Shown piece by piece: positions 1 to 9,392 of a stretch of DNA of 14,548 bases. The first letter of the stretch is position 1, and every line of letters starts with the position of its first letter. The position numbers and the translations under genes were made by a program. The stretch spans positions 1-14,548 of the forward strand of contig JBHGNT010000861.1 of assembly GCA_043228905.1 (NCBI GenBank). Direction: 5' to 3'. The stretch comes from Azolla caroliniana. Taxonomy: Eukaryota; Plantae; Polypodiophyta. The notes below the pieces were generated by a model. The model was not told where the DNA came from and made no database searches. It worked only from the letters and a program-made list of their open reading frames with translations.

Positions 1-64
1 AGATTTGTATGTAGAGCTATATTGCCAATGCAAGGTGTTTGGAGTCAGCTAATGATGCATAAGC

Positions 65-585
65 TGTTGGGAAATCGGTCTCTCTGAATGGGATCCAGTG
101 ATGAATAACGAGGACCCGGTGAGAACCAGAAGAGATTCGGAAACCAGAAGAGACCTGATGAGAACCGGAAGAGAAGACATATCTATAAATATGTTTTGAG
201 TAAGCCTATTGAGGCTATATTTGTAAATAGCCCTAAGTTCATATAAGTATAAATATGACTTAGGGCAATCACTTTATAAGGTTGTCAGTGTCATTGTCAT
301 TGTTGTTGTAACTGTTGTACAGAAGAGAGCGACAAAGAGGGAGAGAGAGATACAGAGCGATACTCTATTGTAACTGTCGATTGGAGAAGAAACCGAGCTT
401 GAGGTCGTTGCCTACGAGTCTCTGATTGTACCCCTTCTCTTCATAGTGATAGTTCGGAGTCTGTGGGCTCCCCTCCACATAAACATCTTGTGTTCACTCT
501 TTAGTTCTCATTTCTGTGTTCTCCATTCTCATCAAAGTGTTCAAGACTCGGTTGTGGCTGAGCATATTCCGTGTTTTTCTCAACA
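65..585 (+). repeat. 5' LTR of copia copy A (521 bp)
   Basis: TG...CA termini with 9/10 terminal inverted repeat (TGTTGGGAAA / TTTCTCAACA). Positions 217-585 recur at 3346-3737. Directly followed by AAC + PBS. TATAAAT motifs at 184 and 248 are candidate TATA boxes. Confidence 0.95.
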
Positions 586-588
586 AAC

Positions 589-600
589 TGGTATCAGAGC
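589..600 (+). promoter_or_regulatory. Primer-binding site (initiator tRNA-Met)
   Basis: TGGTATCAGAGC, 3 nt after the LTR end; canonical plant Met-i PBS. Confidence 0.95.
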
Positions 601-614
601 GAACAACACGGGAA

Positions 615-3341
615 ATGGAAGAATCGTTTGGCGGCATGTTCAAGCTCACCGGATCCAACTACTTAGTGTGGAGGTCGAAGATGAGGGATATGTTGGTAGT
701 CAAAGATCTTTGGTTGCCAATTCAGTTCGGGGACAAGAGACCGGATAAGATCGACGCCATAGTGTGGGAGGTGATGCACATGAAGACGACGACATACATC
801 CGGTGCTTCATCGACATGAGCCTGTACAACAACTTCAATGAAGAGAGCAAGGCTCATGAACTCTGGGAGAAGATCGGCATCATGTTCCAAAACAAGAATG
901 TCATTAATCGGGTTTCGGTATTCCGGAAGTTAGTGAGGCTCCGGTACCAGGACAACTTCAGTATGGCGGAGCACATGAATGCCTTCCGGGGGCTGATACA
1001 ACAAGCAACCTTGTTGGAAGTACCTCTCTCTGATGAGGTACTAGCATTACTCTTGCTCGGTTCCCTCCTGGATAGTTGGGAGACGTTAGTTGTCACGTTG
1101 GGCAACGCCGGGCTGGAAGGAAAACAGTTGTCCCTAGCAAGGGTAAAATCAAGCTTGCTAGATGAAGAAGCTCACCAGAAGGACCGAGAGTCCAGAACTA
1201 ATCCGAAGGCCTTGGTCACGAAAGATGACCACAATCGGGGAAGAGGCCGGTATCAGAGTCCCCAAAACCGGGACAAATCGGGGATGAGGTCGAAGTCAAG
1301 GGGGAGGCCCATGTGCTTCTATTGCGGGAAGCCGAGACACTTCCAGAAGAACTGCAGGCATTTCTAAACGGAGAAAGAAACCGGCACTACCAATTCGAAG
1401 AAGAGTTCAGACCGAAACAGTTCGGACCGGAGAGGCCCGGATCGGAAAGGAACGTCAGTGATCGCAACAAGTGAAGAAGAACTGATGCTCATTACCGAAG
1501 AGAATGAGTTAAACCTTGTCGACGTCGAGACAACATGGGTTGTCAATTCCGGAGCGTCGTTTCACCTAACACCGGATCATAAATGCTTCTCATCCTACAC
1601 AACTAGTGATCATGGTTGTGTCCGAATGGGGAATGAAGGCACATGCCGAATTATTGCCATAGGAGATGTGTTGTTGGCAACATCAACCGGATGCAAATTG
1701 CTGCTGAAGGATGTCTGACACATTCCGGAGGTTCGATTGAACCTGATATTAGCCAATCGGCTAGATGATGAAGGCTACACAAATAGCATTCGGAACGGTG
1801 TTATGAAATTCAGCAAGGCAAGCTTGATAGTGGCTCGAGCCCGGAAGATCAACACACTGTACTTGATGAATGCACGGATATGCCGGGAGGAAGTGAACGT
1901 AGCATCCGACATTGCCGGTGAGATGTGGCTCAAAAGACTGTGTCACATGAGTGAGAAGGGGATGAAGAGACTTGCCAAAGACAACCTCATTCCGGTGAAG
2001 GAGGTGCAACTTGAGAAGTGCATCGATTGCTTGGCCAACAAGCAAAACCGAACCTCCTTCCGGTCAAGACCACTGATGAGACGGAATGCACCACTTGAGC
2101 TAGTGCATACCGATGTGTGTCAAGTGGACACGAAGTCACATGCCGGATTGCAATACTTTGTGACGTTCATAGATGACCACAACCAGAAGCTATGGGTCTC
2201 ACCATTGAAGACGAAGGATCAGGTGTTATCCGTCTTCAAGAAGCTCCACGCGAGAATGGAAAGAGAAACTGGCCGGAAGCTGAAGGTGGTTCAAGCAGAT
2301 AATGAAGGAGAATATCGGGGGCAGTTCGAGGAGTATTGTCGGTCAAATCGAAGGGAATCCGGCTCGATTTTACTATGTCGAAGACGCCGGAACTAAACGG
2401 GGCGAAAGGATGAACTGGACCATAATGGAGACGGTTTGGTGCATGCAAGCACATGCAAAGTTACCCAAGACGTTTTGGGCTGAGGCACTGACGACGGCGA
2501 CCTATGTGATAAATAGATCAGCCTCAACACCCTTGGAAGGAGACTCACCTCAAAAAGTATGGACCAGTAAAGATGTATCTTACCGTCATCTTAAGGTGTT
2601 TGGGTGTCTCGCATATGTGCATGTTGCAAAGGACAAGAGAGCAACGCTAGATCCGAAGTCCATGCCATGCATATTCCTTGGATACGGCGATGATGAGTTC
2701 GGTTACCGAGTGTGGGATCTGGTTGACAAGAAGGTGTTCCGGAGTCAGGACATAGTCTTCATGGAAGACAGAACCATTGCCGACTGGGAGTCGGAGAAGG
2801 TGATGAACTCCAAATCATTCGTTGAAAACCAGATGCTAGCCGCTAACCGGATGACACTCGACGAACCGGCCGAATATGGACAAGAAACAGAACAGACCGA
2901 AGAAGAAGAAGAAGAAGAAGACACTGGAACCGGACAAGATCCCAAATCGGATGAGGATGAGGAACAAACGGAGGAACCGGCAGTCAGAAACCAAGCATAG
3001 AGATATCCTCTCCAAGAGAGAAGAGCCCCCCGGAGATTTCCGGATGCAGAGCATGTGTTGCTAACCAATGAGGGGGAGCCGGAAAGCTTTGAAGAAGCAA
3101 AGAGAGACACCCACAGCCGCAAGTGGTTGAGAGCCATGCAGGATGAGATGGATTCCCTGCATGAGAACCACACATATGAACTAACAGAGTTGGCGAAAGG
3201 GAAGAGAGCACTCTGGAACAAGTGGGTGTACAAGTTGAAACCGGGAGACACCAGAAATCCACCGAGGTACAAGGCCCGGATCCTGGTGAAGGGTTTTCAA
3301 CAGAAGAAAGGAGTGGATTTCGACAAGATCTTTGCCCCAGT
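615..3341 (+). pseudogene. copia gag-pol polyprotein pseudogene (gag, CCHC knuckle, protease, pre-integrase Zn domain, integrase core, RT N-terminus)
   Basis: Likely start is ATG 615 (MEESF), not 516. Motifs: CFYCGKPRHFQKNC; WVVNSGASFH (catalytic D->N); LELVHTDVC, YFVTFIDD, ADNEGEY; HLKVFGCLAYVHV; EPESFEEA...WLRAMQDEMDSL...KWVYKLK...YKARILVKGFQQKKGVDFDKIFAPV. In-frame stops at 1365, 1716 and 2998. A 5-bp duplication (~2345) and a 4-bp deletion (~2400) relative to copy B shift the frame. Covers ORFs 516-1367, 1458-1718, 1737-2396, 2302-3000 and 3055-3345. Confidence 0.95.
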
Positions 3342-3345
3342 ATAA

Positions 3346-3737
3346 ATATTTGTAAATAGCCCTAAGATCATTTAAGTATAAATATGACTTAGGGCAATCA
3401 CTTTATAAGGTTGTCATTGTCATTGTCATTGTTGTTGTAACTATTGTACAGAAGAGAGCGACAGAGAGGGAGAGAGAGATACAAAGCGATACTCTATTGT
3501 AACTGCCGGTCGGCGAAGAAACCGAGCTCGAGATTGTTGCCTACGAGTCTCTGATTGTACCCCTTCTCTTCATAGTGATAGTTCGGAGTCTGTGGGCTCC
3601 CGTGGTTTTTCCCTATTAGGGTTTTCCACGTAAACATCTTGTGTTCACTCTTTAGTTCTCATTTCTGTGTTCTCCATTCTCATCAAAGTGTTCAAGACTT
3701 GGCTGTGGCCGAGCAATATTCAGCGTTTTTCTCAACA
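3346..3737 (+). repeat. Second (right) LTR of copy A, 5'-truncated
   Basis: Matches 217-585 with about 19 substitutions counted by eye (~95% identity, mostly transitions) plus a ~22-bp indel; ends CTCAACA. Confidence 0.93.
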
Positions 3738-5844
3738 AACTGTCTACTACATGTCCGACAATAGGTGGAGTGTGGCAACCCTCATTAACGTGGGCCTTTA
3801 TTTAGAATTTCCATTTCTTTAAAACAACCTTACCAATATATAGATTTTTTAATGGAATTCTCACAAGCTAATCTGTTGTTAAAAATATTTTGGTTCGGAA
3901 TATGCCTTTGACAATGGATGTCTTGTTGAGATAGCCTTTGACCTGTAATTGTCTTCTCTGATGCGAGTTGCTTGGTAGTTGTCCTAGGGTAAATTGGGCT
4001 TCTTTGGATGAATCAGTTACATGTAATGTTCTTTCATGGGGATGTCATGTTATGAATCGACCGTTACAATCTTTATCGATGCATTCAGTTCGAGGAGGTG
4101 CTATTATGTGTAATGATATGCAAGTGGCATTGGGACAATTTATGGCTTCATGGTGCCCCTCAAGTAATCAGATATGGTGTGGTTATTTTTCTCTTTTAAA
4201 AGTTATGTTAGGAGCTAAAGTAACTAATGTTGTGGGTGATGTTATGTACTTTAATGTTGATGATGATGGTAGGTTGTGGCATGTTGAGATATCAAGCTCA
4301 ACTAAGTTTAGCCATTTAGTTAACCATGTAACTTAGTAGTTACCTAGATAGAATCTAGTTAGTGTGTTAACCTTTTAAACCCTTAAATAGGATCTTGTAC
4401 TTGTACGTAAGTAGGGATACATTTTAGTTCCTCCACTACCAAGTATATTTAATATAGGACTTACAACCGTGTACCTATATTCTCCTCACACATGTGCACC
4501 CTTGCACATGAGTTGTATATATACCTCATTGTGGATATTTTGTAACTTGATGCTTATTAATATAGAGAAAGGTCTTTAGCTATAATCTTGTTAATCATCC
4601 CCCATTTATCTTATTGTTTAGAAGTGTATCTTCCTCTCTCTCTCTTCCTCTCTCCACACAACACACACACACAAAGTTCTTCCGCTGCACAGAATCATCA
4701 CTGATTCTTTGCATGGCATGTATACTCTACATCGGATGTGTGGATGTCTCTTCCTCTCTCTCACCTCATTTCCTTCTTATATTCCACAGTTCATAATTAA
4801 AAATCTGATTATTTGGCATACTATTACGTCGTTGGCTCTTTCGAGAATATGGAAAACGAGATGTGATTCTATTTTTAACAATGTTGACATACATCTCAAC
4901 ACTATGCTTATTGAATTCTAGATGTTATTTTTCCATACACTATGTGGTCAATACGATGATCTATTGGGTTCGGATGATGTTCTATGGCAACGACAAGATT
5001 TGTATCTTATAATAGATTTGAGATGAAATGTCTCCTTCTGTTTTCTCTATGTAGAGTTTTCAAGTAATATACTAATGTGTATCTTTCTTTCTTTTTTAAA
5101 AGTACCAATAGCAAGGTAGTCACATTGACACTCAAGATTGTAACTTGATTTGGGGGATAAATCAGGTAATCTAAAACTTATGAGATTCTAGGAAACGAGA
5201 TTTGTCTGCCTTATTGTAAGTCATGGAAATTTTTACATACCTAGAGGTTAGGACAATGGATTTGTCCTCTAGGTTGCTATTGGTATGCATTCTTAAAATG
5301 TTTTTGAGAATCCAAGAGCATTTAAGAGTGTCTAATTGTGTTGGTACCCAAAGCTAGGATGTGAACGTTCTTGATTTATGAAGATTTCGTCATTAACGTG
5401 GAAATATTCCATCATGAATACTCTACTTCTATTTGATGGAAAAATATTTCTCATTTTGATGTAATGATCATTTTCTTCTTCATTTTGAGACAAAATCGCC
5501 ATGTACAATATTATCATTCATTAAATGTTGGTAATCTCAAAATGCCTGACAATTTCTTCAACTTGGCAAATTTGTGGAGAAATTCTACTATAGGCCAAGA
5601 ATGCCTATCCAAGATTTTTCTCTATTCACAAGGAATTTTGATCATTGTCTTTTTCATTTTTCTTGTGAAAATCATGATTTCATTCAAAACCAAAGTTGAT
5701 TGTAAACTTAATGTTGTTTGTGATCCACCGTTGCAATATCTTTGACATATTGAAAATGATATTGCAAATCTAAAGGGCATTGTTTTTATAAGTCATGCAA
5801 GAGATGTACGATCATTATTTTGATTCAACTTTGCTCTCTTGTCC

Positions 5845-7862
5845 CGGACTTTGGATCCAACTTTGCTCTCTTGTCCTTTGCAACATGCACATAAGCGAGA
5901 CAACCAAACACCTTCAGATGCTGGTAAGACACATCTTTACCGGTCCATACTTTATGCGGTGAGTCTCCTTCCAAGGATGTTGACGGTGATATGTTAATCA
6001 CGTACGTCGTTGTCATCAGCACCTCAGGCCAAAACGTCTTGGATAACTTTGCATGTGCTAGTATGCTTCAGACTCTCTCCATTATGGTCCGGTTCATCCG
6101 TTTAGCCAGCCTGTTCAATTCCGGCATCTTCGGCATGGTGAATTCGAGCCGGATTCCCTTCGACCGGCAGTACTCCTCGAATTGCTCCCGGTATTCACCG
6201 CCGTTATCTACTCAAACCGCCTTTAGCTTCCAGCTGGTTTCCCTTTCCACTCTCGCGTGGAGCTCCTTGAAGACGGACAGCACATGATCCTTCGTCTTCA
6301 ACGGTGAGACCTACAACTTTCGGTTGTGGTCGTCTATGAACGTCACGAAGTACTGCGATCCGGCATGTGATTTCATGTCCACTTGACACACATCGGTATG
6401 CACCAGCTCCAGTGGTGCATTCCGTCTCATCGGTGGTCTTGACCGGAAGGAGGTTTGGTTTTGCTTGTCGGCCAAGCAATCGGTGCACTTCTCAAGATGC
6501 ACGTCTTTCACCTCCGGAATGAGGTTGTCTTCAACAAGTCTTTTCATCCCCTTCTGGCTCATATGACACAGTCTCTTGTGTCACAGCTCACCGGCATTGT
6601 CGAATACTACGTTTACTTCTTCTCGGCATATCCAAGCGTGCATCAGGTACAGCGTGTTGATCTTCCGGGCTCGAACCACAATCATGGTTCATTTGCTAAA
6701 TTTCATTACTCTGTTCCGGATGCTACCCGTGTAGCCTTCATCATCTAGCCGACCGGCTGATATCAAGCTCAACCAAACCTCCAGAACGTGTCGGACATCC
6801 TTCAGTAGCAATTGCACCCGGTTGATGTATTCAACCACACATCTCCTATGCCAACAATTCGGCATGACCCTTCATTCCCCATTTGGACATAGCCGAGATC
6901 TCTGACTCTGTAGGACGAGAAGCATTTCCGGTCCGGTGTTAGGTGGAACAATGCGCCAGAATCGACAACCCACGTTGTCTCGTCGCCGACAAGGTTTAAC
7001 TCATTCTCCTCAATGATGAGCAACAATTCTTCTTCACTTGTCGCAATCGTCGACGTTCCTTTCCGATCCTGACCTCTCCGATCCGAACCATTTTGGTACG
7101 AACTCTTCTTTAAATCGGTGGTGTCGACCCCTTTCTCATTCCGGAAATGCCGACAGTTCTTCTGGAAGTGCCCCGGCTTCCCACAATAGAAGGAAGTAGG
7201 CCTCCCCCTTTACTTTGATCTCGTCCCCAATTTGTCCCGATTTTGGGGACTCTGATTTCCACCTCTTCCCCAGTTTTGGTCATCTCTCGTAACCAAAGCC
7301 TTCGGGTCGGTTCCGGATTCCGGAACTTTCTGGCAAGCTTCTTCATCTAGCAAGCTTTATTTTACCCTTGCTAGGGACAACTGCTTTCCTTCCGGCCCGG
7401 CATTGCCCAAAGTGACAACTAGTGTCTCCCAACTGTCTAGGAGGGAACTGAGCAGGAGCAATGCAAGTACCTCGTCGGCCAGAGGTACTTCAAGCGAAGT
7501 TGTTTTATTTATGAGCCCCTAGAATGCGTTCATGTGTTCCACCATGTTGGATCCGTCCTGGTACCGGAGTCTCACTAACTTCCTGAATACTGAAACTCGA
7601 TTTACGGTGTTTTTGCTCTCCAGCACCGATTTTCTTCATTGAAGTTGTTTTACAGGTTCATGTCGATGAAGCACCGTATGTATGTTGCCAGCTTCATGTG
7701 CATCACCTCCCATGTCATGGCATCAATCTTGTCTGGTTTCTTGTCCCCGAACTGTACCGGCAGCCAGAGATCTTTGACCACGAGCATGTCCCTCATCTTC
7801 AACTTTCACACTGGGTAGTTGGTGCCGGTGAGCTTGAACATGTTTCCGAATGACTCTTCCAT
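5845..7862 (-). pseudogene. copia gag-PR-integrase pseudogene (copy B)
   Basis: ATG at 7862-7860 (MEESF). Fragments in the ORF track: WVVDSGALFHLTPD (6802-7026), CTDCLADKQ...LELVHTDVC...YFVTFIDD (6311-6562), HLKVFGCLAYVHVAKDKR (5825-6022). Multiple stops and frameshifts, and a small gag deletion near 7615-7640. Confidence 0.93.
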
Positions 7863-7872
7863 TTTCTTGTTC

Positions 7873-7884
7873 GCTCTGATACGA
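7873..7884 (-). promoter_or_regulatory. Primer-binding site of copy B (Met-i, one substitution)
   Basis: Minus strand TCGTATCAGAGC after LTR end + AAC; one mismatch to TGGTATCAGAGC. Confidence 0.85.
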
Positions 7885-7887
7885 GTT

Positions 7888-8406
7888 TGTACGGAATAGC
7901 GCTCGGCCACAGCCGAGACTCAAACACTTTATGAGAGAACCAAAATAGAAATGGAGGTTTGTACACTTACGGAGAAGAGACGACACAGGATGTTTACGTG
8001 GAAAACCCTAATATAGGGAAAACCCATGAGAGCCCGCAGACTCCAACTATCACTATATGAGAAAGGAGGTACAACAGGAGACTTAGAGGCAACGACCTCG
8101 TGCTCTATATCTTCGCCAACCGGCGGTTTCTCTTCTCTCTCTCTCTCTCTCTGTACAACTATAATACAACTAACAACAACCACAACAACCAGTGATTGCC
8201 CTAAGTCATATTTATACTTATATGAATTTAGGACTATTTACAAATATAGCCTTTACAAGCACACCAAAAACATATTTGCAGATATGTTCCTGGATCCGGT
8301 TCACACCGGATCCATCCAGATACCTTCTGGTCCGGTCCGGTTCCTTCCTTCGGCTCGTCCGATCCAGCTCCTCCGGATCCCATCTGGAGGGACCGAATTC
8401 CCAACA
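7888..8406 (-). repeat. 5' LTR of copia copy B (519 bp)
   Basis: TG...CA on minus strand. Shares long blocks with copy A LTRs (e.g. TATATTTGTAAATAG..CCTAA, AAGTATAAATATGACTTAGGGCAATCAC, GGGTTTTCCACGTAAACATC). Confidence 0.92.
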
Positions 8407-8752
8407 TTTTCCACCTAGTTACTTGTTACTTCATCTTTGTGTGGAATCTGGACCATATGAAGCCTATGCTAACATACTCAACATGGCTCCACAATATTAA
8501 GGCCTTAACCAACTACTAATATCTTATTGATTGTATTTGTCCTAGCCCACTACCTATAAGTTATATAGTCATGTGCCCATGTAGTCCACCACTAAAGTCC
8601 TTACATGCAAAGTCTCTAGTTGGGTGCATAGCTTTATCACATGGATTGTTTCTCTCGTTTAAAATAATATATAATGTCCTAGAGATGGTCTATTTACAGT
8701 CTTGCTTGTTCTCTCATTTTACCCCCCCTCCCATGTAGTGGTAGTGACATGT

Positions 8753-9170
8753 CCATTACATACAAGTTGTTCAATTAAACTAAGCATGGGTAGGGATCCT
8801 ACAAAATGTGTAAGCCACATTCCAAGGGATAGGTTGAGTGGTCATTATTAGTCTCATCTACTCTTCTCTTTTATTGGTTCATGGTAATTCATTGTAGGGA
8901 TCCACAATTCTTACACCCATTTTATATGGCATTGATCAAACATGTGACTATATCATATATACCATTACATACAATTTGTTCAATTAAACTAAGCATGGGT
9001 AGGGATCCTACAAAATGTGTAAGCCACATTCCAAGGGATAGATTGAGTGGTCATTATTAGTCTCATCTACTCTTCTATTTTATTGATTCATGGTAATTCC
9101 ATGTAGAGATCCACAATTCGTACACCCATTTTATATAGCATTGATCAAAACATGTGACTATATCATATAT
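8753..9170. repeat. Two-copy tandem duplication, ~209-bp unit (8753-8960 / 8962-9170)
   Basis: Both units run CCATTACATACAA...CATGTGACTATATCATATAT; roughly 10 differences by eye (~95% identity). Confidence 0.95.
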
Positions 9171-9183
9171 GCCTTCTAGCCAT
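9163..9183 (-). CDS. Putative terminal coding exon 3 (MARRHI*) of the coiled-coil gene
   Basis: Acceptor TTGTGTTTCTTTCATAG| followed by ATG GCT AGA AGG CAT ATA TGA, in phase 0 with the exon-2 donor. It implies a very short 59-nt intron, so it is uncertain. Confidence 0.4.
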   Translation of the reverse strand: MARRHI

Positions 9184-9242
9184 CTATGAAAGAAACACAA
9201 TTATATGAACCAATATTGCTTTTTATTCATTCAAAATCTTAC

Positions 9243-9392
9243 CCGTCTTTCAAGGTCCTTGATTGTTTGATTTGTAAGTGTGAGTGCAGAATGGAGATTG
9301 TTCATCTCTTGTTGGAGTTTGTCTCGTTCTTGCACGAGACCCCTTATATCATGATGAAGCATCTTGACCTCTTCACTTTCCCTACAACAGAA
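9243..9392 (-). CDS. Exon 2 (150 nt, 50 aa) of the coiled-coil gene; missed by the ORF track
   Basis: Acceptor TTCAATTTTCTAG|, donor CGG|GTAAG, phase 0/0. Reads FCCRESEEVKMLHHDIRGLVQERDKLQQEMNNLHSALTLTNQTIKDLERR, which is heptad-like and resembles the '...KLKDLELQ' block I recall for At2g39300-type proteins. Confidence 0.8.

Larger units (their letters stand above)
65..3737 (+). mobile_element. Ty1/copia LTR retrotransposon copy A (Tork/Tto1-like), internally deleted, non-functional
   Basis: Starts TGTTGGGAAA (65) and ends TTTCTCAACA (3737). Domain order is LTR-PBS-gag-PR-INT-RT, as in copia. Most of RT, RNase H, the PPT and the first ~152 nt of the right LTR are missing. No TSD (left flank TAAGC, right flank AACTG). 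Lineage is inferred from gag N-terminus MEESFGGMFKLTGSNYLVWRSKMRDML, which resembles Tto1 as I recall it. Confidence 0.95.
5826..8406 (-). mobile_element. Ty1/copia LTR retrotransposon copy B, same family as copy A, 3'-truncated in integrase
   Basis: Minus strand begins TGTTGGGAATTCGGTCCCTCCAGATGGGATCC (cf. copy A TGTTGGGAAATCGGTCTCTCTGAATGGGATCC), followed by PBS, gag, PR and INT. Homology ends at ...KDKRAKLDPKS. No RT, 3' LTR or TSD. Confidence 0.95.

Noticed and set aside
516-614. 33-aa N-terminal extension of the gag ORF
   Set aside because: Starts at a non-ATG codon inside the LTR and reads through the PBS; the conserved start in both copies is MEESF at 615.
1365-1367. In-frame TAA right after the gag zinc knuckle as programmed gag/pol readthrough
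   Set aside because: Copy B has CGG here (CAT TTC CGG AAT) and CGA at the position of the 1716 TGA, so the stops are best explained as decay by transitions.
446-3272. Overlapping and antisense ORFs in copy A (446-748, 663-890, 854-1105, 1761-2045, 2745-3272 etc.) and their counterparts in copy B
   Set aside because: Shadow frames of gag-pol; similarity between A and B versions just reflects DNA homology, and there are no independent motifs.
3742-3960. Possible gypsy remnants (minus-strand CHTPPIVGH resembling an integrase Zn motif; plus-strand chromodomain-like fragments)
   Set aside because: The two readings are on opposite strands, each short and needing frameshifts; cannot be supported without a profile search.
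3968-4800. 122-aa ORF, and an LTR-like stretch starting GGGGA-TGTCATG at 4043 with CT/CA tracts at 4629-4673
   Set aside because: The ORF has no recognisable motif. No second copy, clear CA end, PBS or TSD in the window confirms an LTR; possibly an old TE fragment.
5332-5820. Short ORFs as missing last exon of the coiled-coil gene or a separate gene
   Set aside because: AT-rich with frequent stops; no coiled-coil family-like peptide or convincing splice pair found.
60-8411. Inversion between the two copia copies explaining the missing TSD
   Set aside because: Flanks in element orientation (A left TAAGC, A right AACTG, B left GAAAA) do not pair in any swapped combination.
9381-9383. Alternative acceptor TTGTAG|G for exon 2
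   Set aside because: Needs a phase-2 donor; the good upstream donor (9918) is phase 0, matching the acceptor at 9393.
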